A stretch of DNA of 64,000 nucleotides from Octopus bimaculoides (Eukaryota), in the NCBI RefSeq assembly GCF_001194135.2, contig NC_068991.1:80340959-80404958 (forward strand), read 5' to 3'. Below, piece after piece: positions 26,184 to 39,740 of the stretch. The position numbers were made by a program, and so were the translations under genes. The notes under the pieces were generated by a model. It ran no database searches and was not told the DNA's origin. It worked only from the letters and a program-made list of their open reading frames with translations. Position 1 is the stretch's first letter; each line of letters opens with the position of its first letter.

Positions 26184-26251
26184 CATACTATATATATATA
26201 TATCAATTATTTCATCAAAAAGTAATTTTTGACATTTTTATTCCTATCTAG

Positions 26252-26293
26252 AGTTATCAAAGTCGAATGTTACGATTGGGACAGAGATGGTGG
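26252..26293 (+). CDS. CPNE8: Copine exon, C2B (R-VIKVECYDWDRDG), phase 2->2
   Basis: ttcctatctag acceptor, gtaagt donor, 42 bp, Ca-binding DWD. Confidence 0.95.
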
Positions 26294-26389
26294 GTAAGTA
26301 TTTATGATATCTATCTATCTGTCGATCTGTCTATCTGTCTATCTATCTATATCTATATTTTCGAACTCAGAGCTGAGAAAATTAATAAA

Positions 26390-26660
26390 GAGGATACAGG
26401 AGGCAGTTGACAAAGCCGGCTTCTATATATGGACGAAATGAGAAGACCCAAAATGACTTGAAAGCCATAACATGCCGACTGGGAAATAACGTCACTAGGT
26501 GAGGCTGGCTGACATTTAAGCAGTATCGCTGATTGACAGGTGAGCCAAGGTAGCGATCTCGTTCATAGCGCGCCGTCCTCCTGGTCCGAAAGCTTGTACC
26601 ACCAAACAGCTGATCGGGTGTGGCTGCTGGAACTGAAACTAACAACACTGTTGGAAGGCA
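26390..26660 (+). mobile_element. Possible 3' end of a NeSL/HERO-like LINE
   Basis: IQEAVDKAGFYIWTK resembles RLE-LINE C-termini; based on motif recall only. Confidence 0.3.
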
Positions 26661-27205
26661 GGTTTAGAAAGAGCGCGGAATAAAACTACGCGCCCTTCCC
26701 CTCCATTGGTCAGTTGAAGCTTAAACAGTGTCACGTGTCCACCTTGTATTTTAACAGTGTTGTTTATTCAAACTGGATTGAGTACCATCATCATACATAG
26801 TACTTCCCTAGCGTTTTAATAGTCCTGTTTGTTGAAACCGGTTAGACTGCCATATATGTAGACAGTGCCTAGCTTGTAGTTTAGCAATGGTGTTTATTTA
26901 AGCTGGGCTTTTCTATGACCTTGTTGTCATGTCAACAATAATTGCAGAAACATGCCAATCAAATTTCTAAAGAAGTCATATTTTCCATAGCTTCTTTTTC
27001 ATTCCCTTTCAACAAATATAATTAGCGTAAACAACACCATTAGCATTATAAATACTAAATGAAAGGACATTTTAAATTATGAACGTTCAAGGAAATCATT
27101 TTATTATTTTAATAAATTATATTATACAAACTAAATTGCTATAATTCAATGTAAAATGAATTATAAATGTTAATGTATAAAATATTGTTTTCGATGTTTT
27201 GGCAG

Positions 27206-27281
27206 ACATGATTTTATTGGTGAATTTACCACAAATTTACAAACTTTGCTGAAAGGTGCGGGACCAGAAAACAGATATGAA
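27206..27281 (+). CDS. CPNE8: Copine exon, C2B (G-HDFIGEFTTNLQTLLKGAGPENRYE), phase 2->0
   Basis: ttttggcag acceptor, gtaagt donor, 76 bp. Confidence 0.95.
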
Positions 27282-30200
27282 GTAAGTCATATACAATTAT
27301 GTATTTTTTTTTTTTTATTTACTTAGCTTTAACGCTTGTTTTAGTATTTTCCTCTTAAAATACATTATCCTTGTTTCAATTCATTTTGAAAATAATGAAG
27401 AATTGAGTGAAATAACTTTGTCATAATTTAGCTAATGTTAAGGATTTATATTCACATAAATTTTTTATGAAAGGATTTTATTTAAACTACTTTAATAATT
27501 GTTTCTAATTTTGGCACAAGGCCAGCAATTGTGAAGGGAAGGAGAAAGTCAATTACAATAACCTTAGTACATGATTGTATTAATTTCACCTTAGTACATG
27601 ATTGGTAATTTATTTTGTCCACCCTTAAAGTTTGAAAGGTAAAATTGACCATGGTGGTATTTGAACTCAGAACGTAATGGAGCAGAAGAAATGCTGCTAA
27701 GCTTTCTTTCAAACATGCTAAAAACCATACCATACAGTTTTATCATAGAACTAAAGCCGGTCTCGGGTGAGCTGCTTTCAAAAAGGTTAATCTCTTCTAA
27801 GTTATGAAAATAGTTTCAAAATTAGGCACTAGGCCAGCAGTTCTTGAGGAGAGAGGGATTCAAGCTCAGTACTTGACTGGTACTTATGTTACCAGCCCTT
27901 AAATGTTGAAAGACAAAGACAACCTCCGCAGATTCTGCCAGCTCAGCACCTTTTTCTAGTTTTAAATGATGATTTCAAACTGTGGCACAAGGTTAGCAAC
28001 TTGGCACACTGGTGGTGGTGGTGGTGGTAACGAGGACAGTCATGACGATGATGGTTTAAAACATTTTGATGCACCACTTTGATCTTAGCCAATGACACGA
28101 TGATTTCAAGCTAAAACCAGTCCCAATATTATATTTGTTTTTCATTCCTATATAGCTTTTAATGTTTTTCCAAATTAAGATTTCCTCTACCTGGCTCCAC
28201 GCTGTACCATAAACAGCGTTCATAAACATCACAAACTCAATATTGAGCTCAAGACATAACATTATATTCAAATCTTATGAAAGGTTCCTTGCAGCATTGC
28301 CCTTACTGTCACTTCACTAATGACTTATTAATGTATTTGTATAAAGGCATGGCCATTAATAGCACTTGACTAATGATCTATCAAGGTCTTTGTACAAAAT
28401 CACTGCCCTTGTTGTATATTAATCTTTATATTAAGGTTTTGTCTACACCAACAGTTCAGAGATCACACTTTGAAGGATGTAATGATCATACACTTCCCAT
28501 TTGATATAAATTTATGAGTTTGATCGATCAATTCAAATACTAAACGCTTGTTATTGCTTTCAGTATTCTAATTCCAGTATCCCATTAATCAATCGGATCA
28601 ATAATTAATAGCATTAGTATATAGTAAATTCTAAATTGCAAAAAGAAAAAAAGAAAAAATCTGAGAAACTAATAAGGATTTACATTCATGAAGTACATAA
28701 TTATTAATAAATCAATATACACACTTGAAAGAAAATTATGATATATATGTAACATATATATGTAACATATATAGTGGATATGTATACGTATAGAACGGCG
28801 CTGCCTGTAAAATTTTGTATCAAGGAAACTCAAAATGTTAAAAACCAGAGGGACAGCTCAGAATATTGTTATCAGATTGTCGTACACGGTGTTTCAACCT
28901 AATTTGGTCTCCTCGGGCTGAAATATGTAAGAAAAATTAAGCAAATGAATATGTGACTGAATTTTATCGATTGATCAGTCAATCAAATTTTTGACTACAT
29001 TCATTTTATTAAGTTTCATCTAGTGGACACGTGATCGAATTTCATCAAAATTGTCCGTTAGTTCAATTTCATCAGTAAGTCCATATCTCGAATTTGATTT
29101 AGTGGACAATTGATCAAATGTCATCGAATGGTTAGTTGATCGAATTTGATCTAGTGGTCAGTCAATTGACTTCGAAACTATAGGTTAAAATCTATAGCCA
29201 AAGCAATAGACTGAGTATAGGTTTCATCATTAATATTTAAATAATATTTTATCATTAGTCTTGAAGGGCTGACAAGCAAATTTGAATCATGAAGAAATTC
29301 AACTGCAGATCATAAAGAATAACTAACACAAAGAATCTGCTGATTCTTCTTCTGTACACAAAATTACATCATTTCCACCTACAAATAAAATTGACCAAGT
29401 CATTAAAATATATCTGCGTCATTATAATCATCATCATCATCATCATCATATTAATGGCCACTCTTCCAGGCGTGTATGTGTCGGACAGATTCTCTACAAC
29501 TGGCTGTCCTGGCTGTCTCCTGTCGCCATTTTAATTTCAAGTTAACTTTAAATAAAACTATAAAAAATATGCTGAAATTATGATATTTAAATGATATCAG
29601 AAAGACACTTATTAATTACATATTAATTTGTATAAGTAATTTCAGCCAAAACATTGATAACCAAGGCGAAGAGATATTAAGGAAAACGATCTACGAATAC
29701 TTCCAAATGTTTGCTAAATTTTATTCTGAAATCCAACTTGTATTTATTGTTATTCGTTCCAGTCCTGTCCTGTCGAATCTTTGCTAAACGTAGACACACA
29801 TCTCTGTTCTCGCATTAATATTAGATTAACTTTCTTTTCATTATTTGATTACAATCATTCGATTTTTCATTAAATGTTTTTATATACAAAATTTTAAAAG
29901 ACATCTTATTCATACTCTGGTGCTTATGCATCAACACGTTTTCTTTCATTTGAAGTGAAGAGGATTTTACAGAATTTGTATGTGTGTGCGTCGTATGTGT
30001 GTGTGTGTATGTATATATACCCCGTCGTATATGTGTGTGTATGTGTGTGTGTGGGGGGGGGGTATTTGTGTGTCTGTCCCTCACCACCACCGCTTGACAC
30101 CGATGTTGGTGTGTCTACGTCCCCGTGACATAGCGGTTCGGCAAAGCAGCTCGATAGAAGAAGTACTAGGCTTACAAAGAATAAGTCCTGACGTCGATTT

Positions 30201-30301
30201 GTTCGACTAAAGGCGGTGCTCCAGCAAACCCTGAATCAAATGAGTGAAACTAGTAAAAAAAAAAAAGTAAAAAGAAAGAAAAGAATACGTATATATACAT
30301 A

Positions 30302-31190
30302 CGAGGTCTGATCAATAAGTATCCGGAATGTTGCCATAGTAACGGAGCTAAAGCACACAGAGTAAAGCCGCTTGGCACAGATTGAGTCTGAACTCTGCTG
30401 TGCATGCGCACTAAGTTTTAATGTTCTAGCTCACTTCCGCTGTTTACAGCAGTGTTTGGAATAAAGGCGTGCAGCGTGTGATCGTTGCATGACAGAGGAA
30501 GTAGCCATGATGATACCTGCTCAGAGGTCTATGCAAGGTCGGAGAAAGTGTATGGAGAGGAGATTATGAGCCGGACACAAGTGTATGAGTGGGTCATACG
30601 TTTCCAAGATGACCGAAAAGAATGTCGACATTGACGAACATTATGGGAGACCCGCAACCAGCAGAACTGAGAAAAATATCGCGGATGTTCGTGCAGCTGT
30701 GAGGAGAAACCGTCGAATCACTATCCGTGAGTCATCAGAAGATGTAAAGATTGGTATCGGTTGAGTTCAGTCCATTATCAATGAAGATTTGCGTATGAGA
30801 CGCGTGTCTGCCAAGTTTGTGCCGAAACTACTTTCAGCTGACCAAAAAGACACTCGGGTTTCAGTTGCACAGAATCTCCTTGGTTGTGTCGAGAGCGATA
30901 AAAACATTTTGAAAACTTTGCGTAGCTCTCTCAACAGGTATCGCGAAGATTTTGGCAAAATTTCATGCAGATTCTCTGCTCAACTTTATTTGTCATGGTC
31001 AATGCGATGATCACACGCTACACACCTTCCTTCCAAACACTGCTATAAACAGCAGAAGTGCGCTAGAACGTTGAAACTCTGTGTATATGCACAGAAAAGA
31101 TTAAGGTCAATCTGTGCCAAGCGGTTTTACTCTGCGTGCTTTAGCTTCGTTACTATGGTAACAGTCTGGATACTTATTGATCAGACCACG
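30302..31190 (+). mobile_element. Non-autonomous foldback mariner with ~240-275 bp inverted arms
   Basis: Left arm 30302-~30539 is the reverse complement of right arm ~30916-31190. The centre encodes only the HTH region (SRTQVYEW...RRVSAKFVPKLLSADQK). Confidence 0.9.
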
Positions 31191-31313
31191 TGTATATATT
31201 TATATATATATACATACATATATGTTTACATATATACGTATACACACATATGATTATATGAATATGAATATATGTATATATACACATGCTTACACACACA
31301 CATTTATACATAT

Positions 31314-31372
<59 letters not shown>

Positions 31373-31469
31373 CAATATGAAATTTCAATGCAAAATTTTA
31401 TTAAATTCTTAAATTTATTTCTAAACAAAAGCCTTCAATTTCTTTTATTTCTTTTTGATATTTTTCCAG

Positions 31470-31523
31470 GCTATAAATCCAAAGAAAAAAGCTAAGAAGA
31501 AAAACTATAAAAACTCTGGTGAG
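31470..31523 (+). CDS. CPNE8: Copine exon (AINPKKKAKKKNYKNSGE), phase 0->0
   Basis: tttttccag acceptor, gtaagt donor, 54 bp, conserved basic NPKKK..KK.Y.NSG. Confidence 0.95.
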
Positions 31524-32119
31524 GTAAGTTGTTTTAATCTGGAATTCTTCCATGAAATAATGTTTGGAAAATAAATATCTTTTTCAGTTTGGAATAATTA
31601 ATCAACAATGGCAACATTCCAAGACACAAGAACTTGTCTTTGGCTTGCATTTGATGCAGCAGTACATTTTACTCAAGCCTAAGCCACCATCGTACATTAC
31701 TACACTATATCATTGTCCAAAATCTAATCTCAAAAGCAGGACAACAGTACTTTTCAACTTCTTCAGAGGTAGAGAGTTGTTGGCCAAAGCGTTAGTGTGT
31801 CAGAGAGAATTCTTCATATTATTTGCTTTGACACTTTGTGCTGTGAGTTCAAAGTCAACTTTACTTTTCATCCTTTCAAGGTGGATACAAATGTACCAAG
31901 GGATTGCAGAATTGTAAGAACGCTGGACCAATTGCCTTGCAATATTTGTCCCTCCTTTCTCCTTTCCGAGTTTAAATCCTGTTATGCTCTACTTGGGCGT
32001 ACACCTTACCAATTCCCAAGATGAACACCCGGCATCTTGAATGGCTTTAACAGAGTCCACTATTTTACAAATGCTTGGGTTAGGCTTCTAGGCATACATA
32101 TGCGCGTGCGTGTATGTGT

Positions 32120-32932
32120 ATGATGATAAGTTTGAAAATGGAGACATTCAATAGGTATAAATTAATTCGTTAATTATTTAACATTGCCCACAATTGTTTC
32201 ACTTCGCACCCAACTTAAATTACAAAACATATATAATAATATAAGTTTGTATTTTGAGAACCTTGGGTGGAAGATCTTCAAGGTAAAATTGACATTATAA
32301 AGTTTACATTTTGATGAATTGAAATATTCCAACAGACTAAATTCTGTCCACAAGAAACATTCCAGAAGACTGGAGACAAGCACGCAACACAAAATACGAA
32401 ACGCTACTAGATACGTTTGCCTTTGTTCGGCAAACAAGTCGTGAGATAGGAATTTAAACTCAAGTATCCACCTTATCTAGAAGGTCTGTCATTGGATAAG
32501 TTACATTCCAAGAATAGTCCATTTTCTCAATGAACATGATCCGGATCGAAGAGACGAGTTTTTTGAGTGATACTCGGTACGATGTGTAGAAGATGCACAT
32601 TTCATAATAAAGATTGTCTCGTGTGATGCGGCTACATTTAAATTGAATGGCACAATTAACAATCACAGTTGCACCTTATGGGGACCTCAGAATCCGCATA
32701 TTACGGAGGAACGTCATGTTAATTTACCAGGAGTTACATTATGGTGCGGCTTATGAGTTGTCTCTACACTTGTGCGTTTTTTAAACTTTCAATAGCACTT
32801 AAGTGTAAATTTCTTAGGTTCAAAACTTAGCGTGGTTCCCTTCATTATTTCCAATGGATTAAATCGATAAAGAAAGGAAAATTGAGTTATGAACTGCTTA
32901 AGCGTGCAAACCTTTTTGAGGAGGCACCTTAC
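32120..32932 (+). mobile_element. Decayed Tc1/mariner-superfamily transposase fragment (DUF4817-type family)
   Basis: Remnants [47 protein letters not shown]; truncated before the second catalytic Asp. Confidence 0.75.
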
Positions 32933-32936
32933 AGAC

Positions 32937-32986
<50 letters not shown>

Positions 32987-33874
32987 GCAGACGCACGCAT
33001 ACATACATACAAAGACTAAGAATACATGGATGACTGATGGTTAAGCAATGATGATACTAATTAATAATGATGGTGATGATGATATTAATTATAATAGAGG
33101 TAGTGATGCTGCTGCTGCCGCCGATGATGATGATGATATTGGTGACAGTGATGGATGGGGGTGTCCATTGCCACGACATTGTGGGTGTGAGTGTGTGTGT
33201 GTGTGGCGGTGGCACGTGACAGTAAAATGCTCCATGGGAGATCTGACAACGTAACCTCACATTTTTGTCATAATAAAAACGCATATTATTATTATTATGA
33301 TTAGTAGTAGTAGTAGTAGTAAGGTAGCGATCTTGCAGAATCGTTATCGTGCCGAACAAAATGCTTAGCGGCATTTCTTCCGACTTTGCGTTTTAAGTTC
33401 AACTGCTGCAGAGGTCGATTTTATCTTTCATTATTTCGAGGTTCATGAAGTAAGCCCCTCCCTTTTCTCATTTATATGAAATATACATCACAGAGTGAAG
33501 AACTTGCTTAACAGAATTAACAATTATAGCTGGGGGGGGGGTTATTTTTTAATTTTCCTTATAAAATATTTTTCATGCGTAAAACAGCATTTTGCATATT
33601 GAATTATATATGCTTGATTGGGTTTGTGCGTGTAACTGTATGTGTTTGTGTGTGCACATGCATGTATCTATTTTGATAATAAATCACATTTAAACATACT
33701 CACCAAATGGATTAAGAAGCTTATCTATAAGCTTATCTATATATAGTGATAATACATGCATCGGCCCATCCGTTCATCCATCCATCCATCCATCCCTACA
33801 TATATCTTTAGAAACGAATGCATAGATATTGATTGCCTGCAGATATGCACTCACTGATACGCACGCACGCACGC

Positions 33875-33916
<42 letters not shown>

Positions 33917-34105
33917 CACATACCTATGCTTCCCATGAACATGCTTCCCAACATAGACAGACAGACAGACAGACATATATATANNNNNNNNNNNNNNNNN
34001 NNNNNNNNNNNNNNNNNNNNNNNNNNNNNNNNNNNNNNNNNNNNNNNNNNNNNNNNNNNNNNNNNNNNNNNNNNNNNNNNNNNNNNNNNNNNNNNNNNNN
34101 NNNNN

Positions 34106-34151
<46 letters not shown>

Positions 34152-36336
34152 ATACATACATACATACTCTCAGACATATGGATAGCATAGATGTATGTTT
34201 TAAATATGAATTTCATGATGTATCTCTCAAAGAATTATTGTCGTTTTATAATCCACAGTTTATTCCTCATTAATACCGATCTTCTCTTTTTATTGAACGC
34301 ATTATTAAATATATATTCGCATCTATAACTCTGCATGTATATGCACGCGCGGAAATACACATACAGCTTTACATAAGTAGATACATACTTCTTATGCACA
34401 TTGCACATACTTATGCACATACTTATGCACATACTTCTTATGCACATTGGCAAACCTTACAGTTTACATATTGACATGTTGTCCACTGTTAGCTTACACA
34501 CATGCATAAATGTATAGTAATTTATTTAAATAAATTAATATATGCATTAATATATAGTTGCATGCTTGCAACTGCCCATAAGAACATTCAACGATGTATT
34601 GTTTACAATGCCGTAGACTGCGCTGAACGTCCTTAAAATTCATTTCATGTCGACGAAAAATGCAAAAAGTATCAAAATTCTATCGGCTGACTAAACTTTA
34701 CCAGCACTGGCAGATGGCACTACTGTACTGTATTGCATGGAGCATTACCAGTAGAAATCCAAGCACTGAATGTCTGACTGAAAATTAGTCTCCACGAAAT
34801 GATTTTTCGGGACGTTCACCGCAGTCTACGGCGTTATAAACAATACATCCAGGTTATAGAAACTAGAGAGAAAGATAGCTTCGCCAGCAATAAGGTAGTA
34901 CTTATATACGTCTCATTATATTGGAGTAACATAACATTATGTGCCTTGCTCCAGGATACAACGTGCTACCTATTCCAGGAATGAACCCCACGAATTAATG
35001 CTCGGAAGCCTAACATCTTAACCGCAAAGCAACATGCCTTCACATTGCGCACATATATACACAGATACATGTATATAATATTCATGTATACATATATATA
35101 TATATATATACATTTATACACACGTGCATACATATATACGTGTACGTACAGCATACAAGCATAAATTCTAACACACATTCACACAAGCATTCATAAGTAC
35201 ACACATGCATACATATAAATATAACCACATATTACAAAAAGCATGGATGCCTACATAAATAAATACATAAAACGTCTATACGTACTTGCAAGCAGTCATA
35301 CGCACTTACATATGTTCATATATGCATAAATACATACAGACCTACATACATGGTCATATGCATGCTTATACGCATACTTATATACACATGTATACATGCA
35401 CTTATATGCATGTAGCTATGCAAGAAGAACAGTAAATGGTTAATATAAATAAATAAATAAAAATACACTACATGATATTTAAAATCAATTTATTTACTGC
35501 GGAACTATTTTGCACGAAATCCATTTTGCTATAAGGAATTCTTCAATTCTTCCTTTTTTCATTAGATTTTATTTTATTTTCTCTTTTCTTCCCAGAAAGA
35601 TAAAGAAAATCATTTTCATCTATTTTACATGTAGATAGATATAATCTTGAATAATATTTTACAAACATTAAATCCGAGAAAGGAAAGGGGAAAAAAATTC
35701 ATATATTGATCTTGAAGTATTTTTATCGTTAATTTTTTTATTCATATTTTCAGTTAATTTTCGTATTTTGTGTGTGTGTGTGTGTGCGTGTGTGTGTGCG
35801 TGTGTGCGTGTGTGTGTGCGTGTGTGCGTGTGTGTGTGCGTGTGTGTGTGTTAGTTGTTGTCTCTTATTGTTTATATAATGTATTTTGTTGTTTTATCGT
35901 TGTGTTGTTAGTGTTGTATGATATCGTGAAGACACGCCAAACAGATATGTTATGCTGACGTTTATTAAATGAGATTTAGAATGGGACGCGGTGAGGAGAG
36001 AAGATATGAAATATGGCTAAACAAACAGATTGATTGTTTCAAGTGTAATTCAATGAGTGAAAGTAGACAAAAGACACATGTTTGGAGTTAAGGAGTCCAG
36101 CGAAGGGCAGCAAGGATCAGGTTTTTTTCTTTTTCTAATCAAAATTGTCATGTCCTTAACTTTCAGTAAAGGTTTCTTCTGTTCAGTGTTGAAGACTGTA
36201 TTACACTCATATGTGTACGTGCTCACATACACGCACAGAAATCCATTCACACACACACACACACACGCACATATATACATTAATACACCGAGTTGTAGAT
36301 TGACACACGTGTCTACATATGTATACATATACATAC

Positions 36337-36374
<38 letters not shown>

Positions 36375-37065
36375 GTACATATATGCTTACATGCATGTAT
36401 ACATGCTAACAAATATGCACACATGCACACTTATGCAATGTAAATATAAATACGTGAATCTTCGTGCAAAAACACACAAACAAAATGCTTTCTCTTTCAT
36501 ACAAACATATGCACATTCACATGGATACTTGCACATGTACAAGAAAAAACACATGTAGAACGATACAAGCAAACACCTACACTCACATATGCACACATGT
36601 ACACACATGTATGCATGTATGTTTTGGGGGTTAAATATGCACTGTTAAAGTCTGTCATACCGGCCATGACGAAGGCAAATAGCCCTGAAACTCGAGTCGC
36701 CTTTATATATTTATATTTATATATTTATATATTTGATCCTTTATATTGAACACTCAATATTTCATCTACATTCAATACTTTCTTTCATGGTGCCATCCAT
36801 TTTTATTTTATTTTATTTTATTTTATTTTATATATTGTATATTATATTATATATTGTATATTCCATATTCTATACCCCACATTGGTTCTGCAGGAATATA
36901 AATAAAACATTAAAAAGCAGACAGTGTTGGAACTCTTTTAAACAAAATAATATATTCCTCTATACACATTCATACAAAAAAAACCCACCCTTTNNNNNNN
37001 NNNNNNNNNNNNNNNNNNNNNNNNNNNNNNNNNNNNNNNNNNNNNNNNNNNNNNNNNNNNNNNNN

Positions 37066-37167
<102 letters not shown>

Positions 37168-38192
37168 ATCACAAATGCACGCACACAAATACATACAGAG
37201 ATGCTCGCATAACACCGACGGGCATTCTGACACACGCAACCATACTCCAGTACGCAGATATGGACTCCCCCCCCACACACACACACACACACATGCATCA
37301 ACGAACATGGAAAACATCTTGAAGCTTCACTCACACACACATATACAGATACCCACACACACATCTACATCCATGCACACACAAACTCTCATACTCCCGC
37401 ACTCGCACATACAATCCCATATACACAAACCTACACGAAACCAAGAGAGACAGAAAGATGGAGACGGAGATAACGTTAGAGCCGATTCCTGTTCAACCCT
37501 TCTAATTGTATTTGAAACGTCCTCCACTGCATTTTCTGCGTTGTCTTCTCGATAGTTTATTGAGTAATAGGCTCCTATCATGTATGTCTCTGTGTTTGTA
37601 TGTATTATGTATGCATTGTGTGGATGCATGGCTTGGTCGTTAGGTTGTTGCACTCACGTTAACGATATCGTGGGTTCGATTTCCTAACTGGCCGGTGCGT
37701 TGTATCCTTGAAGAAAACATTTCATCTCATGTTTCTCTGAGATCACACTCGACATGTGACGCGTGGCACACCGTGGCACCTATACAGGTAAAATGTCGAT
37801 TTGATGGAGCGAGTGAGCTTATGTGAGAACATATTTGATCACAAGAAACAAATCTTCTGCTCATACATTTTATTAGCTTTCTTTCTAGAATGAAGGAACT
37901 GTTTTCTAAATAAAACACAAACATTCTGTCATTGAAGTTTCGATAACTATATCACTAAGTCTTACATATCGAACTTGAAAAAAATCTTGCATACTTTTGC
38001 TGTTCCTCTTACAGATTGTATTTGTAAAGTTCCTGTTAGCCAGTGTCTTTCTTTGCTTGGAAATCCTATCTTCTCCAAGTAGTGGCTTAGACATTTACTA
38101 ACATAATCAAGTTCTATATTTAAGAAATGAGGAATTGTGTACATTACATTATTTGCAATTGACGGATATTTGTCCTCATCTTGTTTATTGTT

Positions 38193-38238
38193 AACACAAC
38201 GTTTCGGCTGATATACCCTCCAGCCTTCATCAGGTGTC
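38193..38238 (-). ncRNA. Minimal type I hammerhead ribozyme, intact core
   Basis: Minus strand reads gacac-CTGATGA-a-GGCTG(gagggtatat)CAGCC-GAAA-CGTT-gtgtt; ACGT palindrome replaces stem III. Confidence 0.75.
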
Positions 38239-38337
38239 TTGGGGAAATTTCGAACCTGAGTTCTCATTCCTAAGGTATTTTTCGATGTTGTTATTATTAT
38301 TAATAACCTCAATAATAATAATAATAATAATAATAAT

Positions 38338-38710
38338 TTGACAAGATCAGTAAATATAAAGACTTGCTAATAGAAATTGAAAAAAGGTGGCACCTCAAAG
38401 CAACTACCGTACCAGTGATTGTAGGATTTCTAGGAATGATAAAAAAAAGGTACTGAAACTTATTTGAAAATGATACCAGGCTTACCATCCATACAGGAAG
38501 TGCAAAAAATCGTGCTAACTGGAACGATTCATGTACTGAGAAGAGCATTATCGCTGTGAAAACAACATCCGTTCATGATTTTTTTTTTCTTAAATACATG
38601 TTTTACCTGTGAATTTGTGTGTGTAAATTGGGAATGCATATAACGAGTTTCTCTGCCCTAGGTGTACTCGGCGAGAAATGGAAGAAAATTTGAAGAAAGA
38701 AGAAAAAAAC
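38338..38710 (+). mobile_element. 3' end of RLE-type LINE (R4/Dong-like) between AAT repeats
   Basis: FDKISKYKDLLIEIEKRWHLKATTVPVIVGFLG...VQKIVLTGTIHVLRRALSL* (one frameshift), then a 3' UTR; (AAT)n on both sides. Confidence 0.85.
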
Positions 38711-38772
38711 ATAATAATAACAACATCGAAAAATACTTTAGGAATAAGAACCCAGGTTCGAAATTTCCCCAA

Positions 38773-38818
38773 GACGCCTGATGAAAGTTGGAGGGTATAT
38801 CAGCCGAAACGTTGTGTT
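38773..38818 (+). ncRNA. Minimal type I hammerhead ribozyme, inverted partner copy
   Basis: gacgc-CTGATGA-a-AGTTG(gagggtatat)CAGCC-GAAA-CGTT-gtgtt; stem II has one mismatch and one wobble. Confidence 0.65.
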
Positions 38819-39678
38819 AACAATAAACAAGATGAGGATAAATATCCATCCATTGTAAATAATGTAAATAATGTAACGTAATCAAGTGCACCAATGATTA
38901 TTGATATGAATGTATATTTTACAATGAGGGCAGAGGTGCTGCGGGTTTCGAAGCAGTTGTCCCTGAATAGTTCTCTTCTCGCTTATGTAAGTGTGCAAAT
39001 ACGATATATCTGGCCCAGTAGAATTTGTACTTTCGTTATTCTACGATTGCGCCGTTCACTCTGCTCCGCTCTCGCGTTATCTCATTTCGAATGTACTCTT
39101 ACTCAATGATATTCCAAGCATGGCTCTTTCCATAACCCTTTTTTGTGCCGTGGCCGATCGATGTTTCCCCGCCCCCCCCCCTAAGTTCTCCACATCTCAC
39201 TTCCGTATACGAACGCAGGTAGGACACTTCTATCGAAGAAACTGTCCAGCTTTGTTTTGAGAGCAACTTTTATTGAGATAAAATAGCTAGATAGATAGAT
39301 AGATAGAAAGAAATGTGTGTACATATACACACATACGCACACAAGAGCTGGCCTTGTCGCAATCTGTGTGACGCTGAACCTCTCTGAGATCTACGTTAAG
39401 GGTACGCTTGTCTGTGGATTGCTCAACCACTTGTACGTTAATTTCACGAGCTGGTTGTTCCGTTGACCGGATCAACTGGAACCCTCGTTGTCATAATCGA
39501 CGGAGTGTCAGTTATCAAGTGATTGTGTCATTGAGGTGTTCTCTATATAATCCGATATTCCTTACATTCTTACAGTTTAATGACCATTTTTTTCTATTAT
39601 AATTCCTAATTTTCTTCATGTATATTACACTTCTCATTGATTCATAAATAATTTTTATTATTTTTTTTTATCTTTTAG

Positions 39679-39740
39679 GTACGACTCATGTTCTGCAAAG
39701 TCGAGACGATTTACTCATTTCTTGATTACATCAAATCAGG
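39679..39740 (+). CDS. CPNE8: Copine exon (VRLMFCKVETIYSFLDYIKS-G), phase 0->2
   Basis: tcttttag acceptor, gtaagc donor, 62 bp, FLDYI motif. Confidence 0.93.

Noticed and set aside
28056-28500. Minus-strand ORF MNIMLCLELNIEF..., considered as a possible upstream exon of the antisense ORF
   Set aside because: No convincing splice sites and multiple stops in adjacent sequence. More likely retroelement debris.
28970-29170. Degenerate repeats of gatcgaatttgatctagtggac
   Set aside because: Short, irregular and probably a DNA-transposon end; nothing specific could be supported.
37623-37700. tRNA-like sequences here and at other SINE heads
   Set aside because: They lack a closable cloverleaf and run directly into SINE bodies.
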